Shown here in pieces: positions 47,521-57,628 of a DNA stretch of 64,000 bases. The first letter of the stretch is position 1. Every line of letters starts with the position of its first letter. Both the position numbers and the translations under genes were made by a program. Below the pieces are notes generated by a model. It did no database searches. It was not told the DNA's origin and saw only the letters and a program-made list of their open reading frames with translations. Origin of the DNA: an uncultured bacterium (lineage in GTDB: Bacteria; Desulfobacterota; Binatia; HRBIN30; CADEER01); assembly GCA_963757755.1 (NCBI GenBank), contig CAVWTK010000003.1, forward strand, positions 295,825 to 359,824, written 5' to 3'.

Positions 47521-48975
47521 TCAGGAGACCCATCCGATGTACTTCAGCTCGCTGTACGCGTTGAGCGCGTAGGTGCCGCCGTCGCGGCCGATGCCGCTCA
47601 GCTTGTAGCCGCCGAAGGGGGCGTCGCCGTTCACCGGAGCGCCGTTGATCTGAACGGTGCCGGTGCGCAGGGCGCTGGCGACGCGCAGGCCGCGGGCGAG
47701 GTCGCCGCTCCACAGGTAGCCGTAGAGGCCGAAGTCGGAGTCGTTGGCGATGGCGATCGCCTCGGCCTCGTCCGTGAACGGGATGGCGGCGATGACCGGG
47801 CCGAAGATCTCCTCGCGGGCGATGGTCATGTCGTTGCGCACGCCGGTGAAGAGCGTCGGCTCGATGTAGTAGCCCTGGCGCAGGTGCGCGGGACGCTTGC
47901 CGCCGCAGGCGAGGGTGGCGCCCTCCTTCACGCCGGCGGCGATGTAGTGCTCGACGCGGTCGCGCTGGCTCGCCGAGATCAGCGGGCCGACGACGACGCC
48001 GGCCTCGGTGGGCGGTCCGACCTTCAGTCGCGGCGCGGCGGCGGCGAGCTGGGCGGTGAACTCGTCGTAGATGGACTGCTCGACCAGCAGGCGCGTGCCG
48101 GCGATGCAGATCTGGCCGGTGTGGAAGGTCCAGACGCTCATCGCGCTGGCGAGCGCCTTCTGCCGGTCGGCGTCGGCAAAGATGATGTTCGGCGACTTGC
48201 CGCCCAGCTCCAGCAACGTGCGTTGCATGCGGCGCGCGGCGGCGGCCTGGATGTGGCAGCCGACAGCGGTGCTGCCGGTGAACGAGATCATGTCGACGTC
48301 GGGCGACTCGCAGAGCGCGACGCCGATCTCCGGCGAGGATCCGCAGACGAAGTTGACGACGCCCGGCGGCAGGACCGAGTCGATCATCCGGCACAGCTCG
48401 GCGACGCCGAGCGGATCGAGCGGCGCCGGCTTCACGACGACCGTGTTCCCGCACGCCAGCGCCGGGCCGACCTTGCCGGCGCAGTTCGTCATCGGGAAGT
48501 TGTAGGGCGTGATGCAGGCGACGACGCCGACGGGCTCGCGCACGGCCATGCCGTTGCCGACGCCCGGTCCCTGGCGCAGCGCCGTGAGCCGCAGCGGCTC
48601 CTCGGGCGGCAGGCTCGCGAGAGTCGCGTACTTCGCGAGGCGCAGGCCGACCGCGCCGACCTGTTGCGTCTCGGCGACGAAGCGCAGCGCGCCGGTCTCC
48701 GCCATCGTCACGTCGACGAGCGAGGCCTTCTCGCGCTCGAACAGCTCCGCGGCCTTGTGCAGCAACGTCCCGCGCTCGGCGCCGCTCATGCGCGGCCACG
48801 GCCCGCTGACGAACGCCTCGCGCGCCGCCCGCGCCGCCCGCCGCACCTGGTCGAGCGACGCCTGCGGCGCGTGCCCCGCAGGCTCCTCGGTCGCGGGGTT
48901 GATGATGGGATACGTGCCGTCGGCAGCGCGCTCCCACTCGCCGGCGATGAGGACGGAATCGATGGTGTGAGGCAT
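47521..48975 (-). CDS. NAD(P)-dependent aldehyde dehydrogenase
   Basis: It is intact. The start is taken at MPHTIDSVLIAGEW. The motifs are FTGSTAVG, LELGGKSP, the catalytic GQICIAG and EEIFGPV. Confidence 0.9.
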   Translation of the reverse strand: MPHTIDSVLIAGEWERAADGTYPIINPATEEPAGHAPQASLDQVRRAARAAREAFVSGPWPRMSGAERGTLLHKAAELFEREKASLVDVTMAETGALRFVAETQQVGAVGLRLAKYATLASLPPEEPLRLTALRQGPGVGNGMAVREPVGVVACITPYNFPMTNCAGKVGPALACGNTVVVKPAPLDPLGVAELCRMIDSVLPPGVVNFVCGSSPEIGVALCESPDVDMISFTGSTAVGCHIQAAAARRMQRTLLELGGKSPNIIFADADRQKALASAMSVWTFHTGQICIAGTRLLVEQSIYDEFTAQLAAAAPRLKVGPPTEAGVVVGPLISASQRDRVEHYIAAGVKEGATLACGGKRPAHLRQGYYIEPTLFTGVRNDMTIAREEIFGPVIAAIPFTDEAEAIAIANDSDFGLYGYLWSGDLARGLRVASALRTGTVQINGAPVNGDAPFGGYKLSGIGRDGGTYALNAYSELKYIGWVS

Positions 48976-48992
48976 GGGTATGCGAAGAGCGG

Positions 48993-49070
48993 TAGCCAGT
49001 GAGCCAGTGAGCCAGTGCAGCCCGTGCGCCCGTGACACCGGCTCACCGGCTCACCGGCTCACTGGCTCAC
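48993..49070. repeat. REP-like hairpin, family A
   Basis: tagccagtgagccagtgagccagtgc..caccggctcaccggctcaccggctcactggctcac. Confidence 0.85.
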
Positions 49071-49078
49071 GCTTGTTC

Positions 49079-50202
49079 TCACGCCGCCTTCTTGACCGCC
49101 GCTTCCCGCATCCGCGTCGTGCTGTGCATCGGGTCGCGATCGAACACCGGCAGCACGTGCTTGCCGAAGGTCTCGATCGAGCGCAGGACGTGCTTCTGGT
49201 CGAGGGTCATGGTGAGCGGCGAGTAGATGAGTTGGTCGACGCCGATCGCTTCGTACATCTTGACGACCGGGATGATCTCTTCCGGCGCGCCGACCTGGCG
49301 GCCGCCGGCGGGGAGGCCGGCCTTGAGCTCCTGGATCGTCGGCTGGCGGCAGTTTCGGCACCGGCCCTTCCTTGGGGAACTGCGGCGGACGCGGGATCGA
49401 ATCGAGCCAGCTGAAGAACAGCTGCGAGAAGTACTCGGTGCGGGCGCCTGCAGTAGAGCGTGCGCGCCTCGTCGCCGTCGGGCAGGCAGAGCATGTTGGT
49501 CGTGACGGCGATGTTGTCGTTGATGAAGCCGCCCACCGGATGCGTGCAGCGCGCGATGCCCTCTTTGTACGCCTTCACCAGCGGCGCGATCTGCTCGGGC
49601 GTGCCGAAGGTGAAGCACAGCGCGCCGAGGCCGAGCTCGCCGGCCTCGGTGAAGGTCGGCGGGCTCGAGCAGGCGAGCCACATCGGCGGATTCGGCTTGG
49701 AGTAGGGCTTGGGCAGGACGTCGCGCTTGGGCATGCGGAAGTACTTGCCCTCGAACTCGTAGGGCTCGTCGCGCCACATGCGCGGGATCTCCTCCAGCGA
49801 CTCGCGCCACATCGGCTTGGTCTCGGCGGCGCTGGGGATGTCGAAGCCGGCCCACTCGGCCGACGACGAGCCGCGTCCGGTGCCGAACTCGACGCGACCC
49901 TCGGAGAGATGGTCGAGTGTCGCGATGCGCTCGGCGACGCGCGCCGGGTGGTTCACCTTGGCGGTGATGTTGGTGATCGCGGTGCCGACGTGGATCTGCT
50001 TGGTCTTCGCCGCCACCCAGGTCAGGAAGACCTCCGGCGCCGGCTGGTGCGAATAGTCCTTGAGGAAGTGGTGCTCGGGCGACCAGTCGTACTTGAAGCC
50101 GACCGCGTCCACAGCCTGCGCGACCTCGATCTCGCGGCGGAACCGCGCCTGCTCGGTGTCGTCGTACGGCGTGTGCATCTGCGAGAAGATTCCGAACTCC
50201 AT
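49079..50202 (-). pseudogene. LLM-class (luciferase-like) flavin-dependent monooxygenase, 2 frame changes
   Basis: MEFGIFSQMH..WSPEHHF..TLDHLSEGRVEFGTGRG is in the 49207..50277 frame. A middle piece (GARTEYFSQLFFSWLD) is in a third frame. The C-terminus (IPVVKMYEAIGVDQLIYSP) is in the 49079..50242 frame. The junctions are at about 49455 and about 49345. GGAGG precedes ATG 50202. Confidence 0.8.
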
Positions 50203-50258
50203 GGCCGGCCTCCTTGATTTGGGCGGCTGCTTGCCTGGCCACCCTGCATCCGTGATTA

Positions 50259-50288
50259 CGAAAGTTCGAATTACCATTCGGACTTTCG
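50259..50288. promoter_or_regulatory. AT-rich inverted repeat operator in the LLM/TetR divergent region
   Basis: CGAAAGTTCGAAT tacc ATTCGGACTTTCG has 13-nt arms with 1 mismatch. The nearly palindromic ttcgaattgtcaattgaa follows. The 50255-50315 stretch is unusually AT-rich. Confidence 0.6.
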
Positions 50289-50326
50289 AATTGTCAATTG
50301 AATAGTGTGCTGATAGGGTTCGGCGC

Positions 50327-50944
50327 GTGGCCGGCGGGAAGCTTCAGGACAAGGCGCGGCAGGCGCGCACCGACGTGTACCGCCAGCACATTCTCGAGGC
50401 GGCGGAACAGGTGTTCGCCGAACACGGCTTCGACAGCGCCAAGCTGCAGGACATCTCGAAGCTGGCGGAAGTGTCGATGGGGACGATCTACGCGATCTTC
50501 GCCGGCAAGGAGGAGCTCTTCCGCGGCATCCTCGACACCCGCGGCGCCGATCTGCTCGAGGTGGCGCGCGCCAGTACGCAGGCCGGCGGCGATCCAGCCG
50601 CCGCGCTCGATCGCCTGATCGAGGCGTACATCGACTACTTCCTCGCGCACCCGTCCTTCCTGCGCATGCACCTGCGCCTCGGGACCTCGTGGGTGCTCGG
50701 CCCGTCGATGAGCGGCGAAGCGCAGGTGCGCCTGTGGCGCGAGATCCACACGTTGCAGGCGGACCTCATGCGCCGCGGCGTCGCCGCCGGCGTGTTCGTC
50801 GACGAAGACCCGGCGTTCCTCGCCAAGGTCTTCAGCGCGCTCGATCAGGTCCTGCTCGCCGACTGGGTTGCCGGCGGGATGACCGCGACGCGCGACGAGG
50901 TGCATCGGCGCGCATGCGGGGGTTGGTGGAGCGGTCAATCCTGA
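50327..50944 (+). CDS. TetR/AcrR family transcriptional regulator
   Basis: It has a GTG start. The HTH is EHGFDSAKLQDISKLAEVSMGTIYAIFAGKEELF. Confidence 0.85.
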   Translation: MAGGKLQDKARQARTDVYRQHILEAAEQVFAEHGFDSAKLQDISKLAEVSMGTIYAIFAGKEELFRGILDTRGADLLEVARASTQAGGDPAAALDRLIEAYIDYFLAHPSFLRMHLRLGTSWVLGPSMSGEAQVRLWREIHTLQADLMRRGVAAGVFVDEDPAFLAKVFSALDQVLLADWVAGGMTATRDEVHRRACGGWWSGQS

Positions 50945-51061
50945 ACCACCGATGAACACAGATGGCCACAGATGGACACGGATCCTCCAATCCCATCCGC
51001 AAGGGCTCGGGGGGTGGCGGGGATCTGTGTCCATCTGTGGCCATCTGTGTTCATCGGTGGA
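50945..51061. repeat. REP-like hairpin, family B, filling a convergent intergenic gap exactly
   Basis: accaccgatgaacacagatggccacagatggacacggatc..gatctgtgtccatctgtggccatctgtgttcatcggtgg. Confidence 0.9.
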
Positions 51062-51062
51062 C

Positions 51063-51986
51063 TCACTTGATCGCGAGCGGATTCAGCGGCGAGCCGATGC
51101 CGCCGCTGACGCGCAGGGGCGGGGCGGTGAAGAGGAACTCCCAGACGCCGTCGGCGGCGCAGTCGTCGGCGAGGGCGTCGAGGACGAACATCTCGCCGAG
51201 CGTGAGGCCCATGTCGCGCAGTGCGAGCAGGTGCAGGGGCAGGGGAGTCCTGGGATCCTCGAAGGGGATGACCTCGACCGAGTTGGTGTCTGACGCGACC
51301 GCCGCGACTTCGCGATCGTGCAGCCACCGCGCCGAGTCGATGCCGAGGCCGGGCATCATCCGCATGTAGCCCATGCGGTCGCCGTCGGTGGTGAAGACGC
51401 TGAGGTGGCCGGTGCGCACGAGCAGGACGTCGCCGCTCTCGACGCGCACGCCCTGCGTGCGCTCGGCGGCCTCGAGGTCGGCGGGCGTGATCGCGGTGCC
51501 CGGCGCGAGCCTCGGCAGGCCCTTCAGCCGCGCGACGTCGAGGAGCACGCCGCGGGAGATGATGCCGGGGCCCACCTTGTCGATGCCGTTCTTCGCGGCG
51601 CCGGCCGCCGACGTCGTCGCGGCGGGATAGCCGTTGTAGAGCTGACCGTCGTAGTGCACGTGCGCGAGGCTGTCCCACTGCGTCGCGCACTGCAGCGGCA
51701 GCACCATCACGTCGTCGGCGTAGCGAAACCCGTCCGGGTAGTTGCCCGGCAGCTTCTGATCGACCGCTGTCATCAGGTGCAGCGGATTGACCCGCCCACC
51801 CTGGCCGATCTGCGGACCCTCGGCGCCGAACGTCAGCCCGAGGCTGAAGACCTCGCCGCGCTTCACCAGGCCGGCGGCGCGCTTCACGACATCCGGCGTG
51901 ATGAAGTTGAGCGTGCCGCGCTCGTCGTCGGCGCCCCACCGGCCCCAGTTGGAGACGGATTTGGCGAGGGTGCGGATGGAGTCCAT
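51063..51986 (-). CDS. cyclase family protein (kynurenine formamidase-like fold)
   Basis: An intact 307-aa ORF with RWGADDERGTLNF, QWDSLAHV and DTNSVE. Confidence 0.75.
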   Translation of the reverse strand: MDSIRTLAKSVSNWGRWGADDERGTLNFITPDVVKRAAGLVKRGEVFSLGLTFGAEGPQIGQGGRVNPLHLMTAVDQKLPGNYPDGFRYADDVMVLPLQCATQWDSLAHVHYDGQLYNGYPAATTSAAGAAKNGIDKVGPGIISRGVLLDVARLKGLPRLAPGTAITPADLEAAERTQGVRVESGDVLLVRTGHLSVFTTDGDRMGYMRMMPGLGIDSARWLHDREVAAVASDTNSVEVIPFEDPRTPLPLHLLALRDMGLTLGEMFVLDALADDCAADGVWEFLFTAPPLRVSGGIGSPLNPLAIK

Positions 51987-52143
51987 GGGTGAGCGTGAGC
52001 CGGTGAGCCAGTGAGCCGGTTAGCCGGTTAGCCGGTGGCGAGAGGTTGAGCAAATCGCGCTGTTCATGCACCGGCGCCCCCGCGCACCCGCGCCCTCGCG
52101 CACCGGCGCACCGGCGCACTGGCTCACTGGCTCACCGGCTCAC
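51987..52143. repeat. REP-like hairpin, family A, long
   Basis: ggtgagcgtgagccggtgagccagtgagccggttagccggttagccgg..caccggcgcaccggcgcactggctcactggctcaccggctcac. Confidence 0.85.
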
Positions 52144-52144
52144 G

Positions 52145-53467
52145 TCACTTCCCGTACCTCGCCAGTGCCTGTGAGTCGAAGAGGTTCGGGTCGATCTGGA
52201 TGCGGCGGACGAACGGCGCCTTGGGATCGGCGCGCATGCCGCCGAGGGTGGCGCGGTTCATCTTGAAATTCTCGGCGCAGGCCCAGACCTGGGTGGCGGC
52301 GGGCATCATCTCGCCGTCCTCGGCCGTCTGGTTGACGCGCGCCATGGTCTGGTACGAGTGCACGACGTCGCCCTGCCAGCTGTACTTGATGTTCCAGGAA
52401 CCGTCCCAGGTCTCGGCGTCGATCCACAGCTGGATCTTGCCGTACAGGTAGTAGCGATCCCTCGGCGTGCCCTCGACGATCCACACCGGGCGCTGGGCCA
52501 GGCCCGCGTGGATGGGGGCCCAGGAGAGACCCGTCCAGTTCGGGTCCTCGAACCCGACCATGGGCGGGTTGTCGTAGGTCAGCACCGAGAAGCCGCCGCC
52601 CGGGGCCGGCGGGACCTTCAGATCGCCTTTCACGTTGTTGGGGTCGACGACCCGCAGCGCGTCGCGCTTGCCGATCAGCTTCCATTCGAAGTCCTGCGGC
52701 TTGCCATCGAAGAAGAAGCCATCGTCGCCGCTGATGTCGGAGCCGAGGTAGCCGTCGGAGCGGTTGGCGGGGCTGACCGCGCGCACGCGCCGCAGCGCCG
52801 GCACGAACGCCCACACGGAATCGCGCTTGTCGGCGTCGCGATAGCGCCAGGAGAGCGACGAGGTGCCCTGCAGGTCGGTCGGAAACGTGGTCACGCCGAG
52901 GAATTGGCTCTGCAGGTTGTTGGGATTCGGCTTGCGGTACTTCTCGTCCTGCCCATCCCAGAAGTTGAAGTAGCCGTCGGCGTGGATGTCGCGGTCGATG
53001 CCCTTCGGCTGCAGCATGATGACCCGGGTCACGTTGAACGAGCTGCCGCCGGCCCAGTAGGCGAGAAACTGGTTCCAGACGATCTTCACCGCCGCCTTGG
53101 GATCGTTGGGATCGATGTTGGGGAAGGGGAAGCCGTACAGGTAGTCGGGCGGCTTGCCCGAGCCCTTGAACACCACGGTGCCAACGTCGTCGACGTCGAG
53201 CTGGCCGGCGTTCTTCTCGGTCGCGGCCTTCCAGGCCGGCTCCCAGCGGGAGCTGCCCACCGGGTAGTCGACGATCACGTTCTTGTAGTCGCCGGTCTGG
53301 TAGTGCTTGAGGATCTCGGGCGGGAGCAGGTCGGTCGCGGCCTGATAGTTGTCCGGTCCGAGCACGACGCCCGGCTTCAGCACGGTGTCGGCCGCGACGA
53401 CCAACGCCGGCGCGCCGGACACCAGCGTGCACGCCATCAACGCCGCTGCGATCCACGTGGTCCTCAT
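52145..53467 (-). CDS. DUF1329 family periplasmic/outer-membrane lipoprotein-sorting (LolA-like) protein
   Basis: It is intact, with signal peptide MRTTWIAAALMACTLVSGAPALVVAA. Pattern and length (440 aa) match DUF1329 (GFPFPNIDPNDP, WNQFLAYW, WRYRDADKRDSVWAFVPALRRVR). Confidence 0.7.
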   Translation of the reverse strand: MRTTWIAAALMACTLVSGAPALVVAADTVLKPGVVLGPDNYQAATDLLPPEILKHYQTGDYKNVIVDYPVGSSRWEPAWKAATEKNAGQLDVDDVGTVVFKGSGKPPDYLYGFPFPNIDPNDPKAAVKIVWNQFLAYWAGGSSFNVTRVIMLQPKGIDRDIHADGYFNFWDGQDEKYRKPNPNNLQSQFLGVTTFPTDLQGTSSLSWRYRDADKRDSVWAFVPALRRVRAVSPANRSDGYLGSDISGDDGFFFDGKPQDFEWKLIGKRDALRVVDPNNVKGDLKVPPAPGGGFSVLTYDNPPMVGFEDPNWTGLSWAPIHAGLAQRPVWIVEGTPRDRYYLYGKIQLWIDAETWDGSWNIKYSWQGDVVHSYQTMARVNQTAEDGEMMPAATQVWACAENFKMNRATLGGMRADPKAPFVRRIQIDPNLFDSQALARYGK

Positions 53468-53529
53468 ACGCTCGTCCCCCCAGCTCGTCGTGAGCAGACC
53501 CCGGCTCGTAGCGTGCGCCTCTCGGCGAA

Positions 53530-53547
53530 GTCAAACAATCGTTTGTC
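53530..53547. promoter_or_regulatory. CAAAC-N4-GTTTG operator, site c
   Basis: gTCAAACaatcGTTTGTC (minus strand GACAAACgattGTTTGAC) lies 63-80 nt upstream of the DUF1329 start. Confidence 0.6.
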
Positions 53548-53586
53548 TGGGGGTATGCGCGAGTGCCTGCGCGGCGACATTCAGAG

Positions 53587-53645
53587 ATCAACCACGGATT
53601 TCACGGATATCCGGATCCTGAGATCCGTGTCGTCCGTGGTTGACC
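53587..53645. repeat. REP-like hairpin (CACGGAT units)
   Basis: atcaaccacggatttcacggatatccggatcctgagatccgtgtcgtccgtggttgac. Confidence 0.8.
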
Positions 53646-53670
53646 TTCTTCATGGGAGAGCACGAGCGAC

Positions 53671-54606
53671 TCAGCCCTTGAAGGTCGACGGTCCGAAGTC
53701 GCCGAAGGGCTCGTCGCGCTCGCGCACCGCCTGCTTGAAGCCGACCTCGGCGGCGCGCTGCTGGAACGCGTAGCCCTCGGCCGTGTGGCGGGTGATGCCG
53801 TCGAACACGGTGCCGAGGATCTGCGTCGTCGGCAGGCCGGCGCTGAGCACGGTCTGGTTGACCAGCAGCTTCATCATCACGAGCTGGTTGATCGGCATGC
53901 GGGCGATGCGGCCGAGCAGGGTCTCGAAGCGCTCGTCGAGCCGGTCGGGCGGCGCGCACTCGGTGGCGAGGCCCCAGTCCACCGCCTCGCGGCCGTTGAG
54001 GCAGTCGCCGGTGAACAGCAGCCGCTTGGCCTTCTCGATGCCGATGCGGAACGCCCACACCGACGTGGTCGGCGAGCCCCAGACGCGCGCCGGCGGGTAG
54101 CCGATCTTCGCGTCCTCGGCGATGACCAGCAGGTCGCTGCACAGCGCCATGTCGGTGCCGCCGGCGACGCAGAAGCCGTGCACCTTGCACACCACCGGCT
54201 TGTTGGCGTGGAAGAGGCTCATGAAGCCGCGCACGTTGCGCGACATCATCTGGTAGTCGATGACCGGATCCCACACCGTGCGCGGATCGTGGTTGCGCCC
54301 GGTGACGCGCGGGTCGAGCGGCGAGCCCGGCGGGCGCGAATGGGCGCTCGCCGAGCGCGGGCGCGGCCCTCCCCGTCGCCCATGCGCTCGGCGCTGGCGA
54401 CGAGATCGTAGCCGCCGCAGAAGCCCTTGCCGTTGCCGGCGAGCGCGATCACGTGCACGGCGGGATCGAGATCGGCGCGCTCGACGCACTGCGCGAGCTC
54501 CACCGGCAGATCGAGGGTGATGCCGTTGCCGCGCTCCGGCCGGTTGAGCGTGATGCGCGCGATGCGGCCCGTCGACGTCGTAGGTCATGGTCTTGAGGGT
54601 GTCCAT
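53671..54606 (-). pseudogene. crotonase/enoyl-CoA hydratase family protein, at least 2 frame changes in the N-terminal third
   Basis: MDTLKTMTYDVDG is in the main frame. The oxyanion segment (VIALAGNGKGFCGGYDL) is only in ORF 54246..54503. The main frame then resumes (KVHGFCVAGGTDMALCSDLLVIAEDAKIGYPPARVWG). Confidence 0.7.
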
Positions 54607-54635
54607 GGCGTCTCTCTTAGCGCCGGACTGAAAGG

Positions 54636-54712
54636 CTCTTCAACGCGAAGGCGCGCAGCCGCGAAGGCCCGCCCCGACCTCCTTCGCACCTGCGCGTCTT
54701 CGCGTTGAAGGA
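54636..54712. repeat. REP-like hairpin (GCGAAGRC units) in a divergent promoter region
   Basis: ctcttcaacgcgaaggcgcgcagccgcgaaggcc..ccttcgcacctgcgcgtcttcgcgttgaagga. Confidence 0.8.
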
Positions 54713-54742
54713 TCGGGGACGGCCGTGCTAGCGCATCGCGCC

Positions 54743-55560
54743 ATGGATCAATTCAACGGTCGCGTCGCGGTCATCACCGGCGGCGCCGGTGGGATCGGCA
54801 TGGCGATGGCGCGCGCGTTCGCCAGCGGCGGCGCGAAGCTCGTCCTCGCCGATCTCGACGAGGCGGCGTTGCAGCGCGTCGCAGGAGGCGCTGGAGGCCG
54901 ACGGGCGCGACGGTGTTCGGCGTCCGCACCGACGTCACCAGCCTGGAGAGCGTGCAGGCGCTCGCGGACAGCGGCCCGCAAGCGGTTCGGCGCGGTGCAC
55001 ATCATCTGCAACAACGCCGGCGTCGCCCCCTTCGGCGAGATGCACCACGCCTCGCACCGCGACTGGGTGTTCACGATGAACGTCAACTTCTGGGGCGTCG
55101 TGCACGGAGTGGAGACCTTCGTGCCGCTGCTCATCGAGCAGGGGCAGGGCGGCCATATCATCAACACCGCCTCGATGGCCGGGCTCGTCGGCATGCGCTG
55201 GCTCGGCATCTACTGCGCGTCGAAGTTCGCCGTCGTCGGCGCTGACCGAGAGCATGCGCGCGCGAGCTGTCGCCGCATCAGATCGGCGTCAGCGTGCTCT
55301 GCCCGATGATCGTCGACACCGGAATCAACGAGAACACGGTGCGCATGCGTCCGGACGACCTGCGCAATGCCGAGGAACTGCCGCCGCTGCCGGCCAGCTC
55401 CATGTCCGGCGGCGTCATCACGGCCGACGAGGTGGCGCGCCGCGTCGTGCGCGGCATCGATCGCGGCGACCTCTACATCCTCACCCACCCGGAGCAGCGC
55501 GAGTTCCTGCGTCGCCGCGCCGCCAAGATCGACGCGATGTTCGAGGAGGACGTCTGGTGA
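54743..55560 (+). pseudogene. SDR family oxidoreductase, about 5 frame changes
   Basis: The motifs are MDQFNGRVAVITGGAGGIG, ICNNAGV, YCASKFAVVG and VLCPMIVDTG, spread over frames 54725, 54789, 54913, 54725, 55254 and 55294. Confidence 0.7.
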
Positions 55561-56331
55561 AGAATCTGTTTTCGGTCGCGGGCAAGGTCGCGCTGGTGAC
55601 CGGCGGCTCGCGCGGCATCGGCCTGATGATCGCGCGCGGCTACGTCGAGAACGGGGCCACGGTCTACATCTCCTCGCGCAAGCGGGAGGTGTGCGACCAG
55701 GTGGCCGCCGAGCTGTCGAAGGTCGGGCACCTGCCACTCGCTGCCCGCCGACCTCGGCTCGGAAGCCGAGTGCAACCGCCTGGCGGCGGAGCTCGCCAAG
55801 CGCGAGCCGAAGCTGCACATCCTGGTCAACAACGCCGGCGCCAACTGGGGCGCGCCGCTGACCGAATACCCGGACGACGCCTGGGACAAGGTGCTGGCGC
55901 TGAACCTCAAGTCGATCTTCCACCTGACGCGCGCGTGCCTCCCGCAGCTCGAGGCGGCGGCGACGCCGGCCGATCCGGCCCGCGTCATCAACATCGGCTC
56001 GATCGACGGGCTGCGCGTGCCGATGCTGCACACCTACGCCTACTCGTCGAGCAAGGCCGCCGTGCACCACCTGACGCGCGTGCTGGCCGTCGAGCTGGCG
56101 GCCAAGCACATCACCGTCAACGCCGTCGCGCCGGGGCCGTTCGAGAGCAAGATGATGGCGGAGACGCTGCGCTCGTTCGGCGACGCGATCCGCGCCAGCG
56201 TTCCCCTCGGCCGCATCGGCGAGCCGGAGGACATGGCGGGCATCGCGATCTACCTGGCCTCGCGGGCGGGGGCCTATCTGACCGGTACGGTGATCCCGGT
56301 CGACGGTGGGATCACGGTCAGGCCGAGCTGA
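55557..56331 (+). CDS. SDR family oxidoreductase (3-oxoacyl reductase-like), one apparent frameshift
   Basis: The GTG at 55557 overlaps the upstream TGA. GKVALVTGGSRGIG comes first, and after the junction at about 55725 come LVNNAGA, YSSSKAAVHHLT and NAVAPGPFESKM. Confidence 0.8.
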
Positions 56332-56411
56332 CGGAGGGCAGCAAAGACGGAGGACGAAAGACAGAAAACGAGCTCCTTCATCCTTCGTCTTTCAGCCTTC
56401 GTCCGTGCGCC
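56330..56411. repeat. REP-like hairpin (GACGRAGG/GAAAGAC units) between convergent genes
   Basis: gacggagggcagcaaagacggaggacgaaagac..gtctttcagccttcgtccgtgcgcc. Confidence 0.75.
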
Positions 56412-56606
56412 TCAGTCCTCTTCGATCGATATCGCCTGGCGCGGGCAGCGGCGGACCGCTTCCTCGACCTTGGCGCGCAGTTTCTCGTCCGGGTGTTCCT
56501 GCTTGATCAACAGCGTATCGTCCGGCTGCAGCTCGAACACCTCGGGACACACCTTCATGCAGACGGCATTGGCCTCGCAGAGATCCCAATCGACGACGAC
56601 TTTCAT
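56412..56606 (-). CDS. small single-cluster ferredoxin (P450 redox-partner type)
   Basis: MKVVVDWDLCEANAVCMKVCPEVF..RRCPRQAI shows the CxxxxxC...CP cluster pattern. A GGGGGTGG RBS is upstream. The protein is 64 aa. Confidence 0.75.
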   Translation of the reverse strand: MKVVVDWDLCEANAVCMKVCPEVFELQPDDTLLIKQEHPDEKLRAKVEEAVRRCPRQAISIEED

Positions 56607-56701
56607 TCCACCCCCTGACGACGACAGCGTAGGCCGCGAATAGATCACGATTCTCCGTCGCGCCTCAAGTCGTTCGATGGGTGCCGGAGAGGGGAGCGCA
56701 G

Positions 56702-57538
56702 ATGACGGCGAAGAAGGTGGCGTTCATCACCGGCGCGAGCCGCGGCATCGGGCGCGGCTGTGCGCTGGAGCTGGCGCGGCGCGGGTTCGATCTCGTGCTG
56801 ACGGCGCGCACGGTCACCGGCGCCGAGCGCTACGAGCATTCGTCGACGGTGCGCCGGTCGAAGACGGAGCCGCTTCCCGGCAGCCTCGAGCGCACGGCCG
56901 AGGAGGTGCGGGCGCTCGGCGCCGAGGCGGCGGTGATCAAGCTCGACCTCTCCGTGCGCGCCGACTGGCCGGCGGCGATCGACGGCGCGCTGCAGCGGTT
57001 CGGGCGGATCGACGTGCTGGTCAACAACGGCCGCTACATCGGGCCGGGGCACATGGATCCCTTCGAGGACACGCCGGTCGATCTGATCGAGCAGATGATG
57101 CTCTGCAACGTCATCGCGCCGCTGCACCTGATCAAGCTCTGCCTGCCGATCATGCGCCGCCAGGGCGGCGGCATCGTCATCAACGTCACCTCCAGCGCCG
57201 GCGACCGCGAGATCGACGCGCCGATCGGCAAGGGCGGCTGGGGCCTCGGCTACTCGCTCAGCAAGGCCGCGTTCAACCGCATGGTGCCCGGCCTGGCCAA
57301 GGAGCTGCGCACCGACAAGATCGCCGTCATCGGGCTGATGCCCGGCTTCGTCGGCACCGAGCGCATGGCCATCGAGCTCGCCGACTTCGGCTTCGACGCG
57401 AGCCGCGGCCTCCCGGTCGAGAACCCCGGCCGCGTCTGCGCGATGCTGGCGACGGCGTCCGATCCGATGCTGTTCAGCGGCAAGGACATCTACGGGCCGT
57501 GGTTCCACGCCGAGCACGCGGCGGTGCGCTTCGAATAG
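56702..57538 (+). CDS. SDR family oxidoreductase
   Basis: KKVAFITGASRGIG, LVNNGRY and YSLSKAAFNRM. It is intact. Confidence 0.8.
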   Translation: MTAKKVAFITGASRGIGRGCALELARRGFDLVLTARTVTGAERYEHSSTVRRSKTEPLPGSLERTAEEVRALGAEAAVIKLDLSVRADWPAAIDGALQRFGRIDVLVNNGRYIGPGHMDPFEDTPVDLIEQMMLCNVIAPLHLIKLCLPIMRRQGGGIVINVTSSAGDREIDAPIGKGGWGLGYSLSKAAFNRMVPGLAKELRTDKIAVIGLMPGFVGTERMAIELADFGFDASRGLPVENPGRVCAMLATASDPMLFSGKDIYGPWFHAEHAAVRFE

Positions 57539-57604
57539 ATGGCCGCAAAGGCGCAAAGGACGCCAAGCGGATCCACTGGGCGTCCTTTGCGCCTTTGCGG
57601 CCAT
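57539..57604. repeat. REP-like hairpin (GCAAAGGC units)
   Basis: atggccgcaaaggcgcaaaggacgccaagcgg atcc actgggcgtcctttgcgcctttgcggccat, starting at the base after the TAG stop. Confidence 0.9.
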
Positions 57605-57628
57605 AACCAAATGTGATTCCCTCGCCGC

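Noticed and set aside
28755-52143. CRISPR-array interpretation of the repeated CACGGAGGCAC, GGTGAGCC and GATGGMCAC runs
   Set aside because: The units are 7-9 nt and directly adjacent, with no spacers. They are arranged as two reverse-complementary arms (hairpins) and scattered singly after genes. No cas genes are present.
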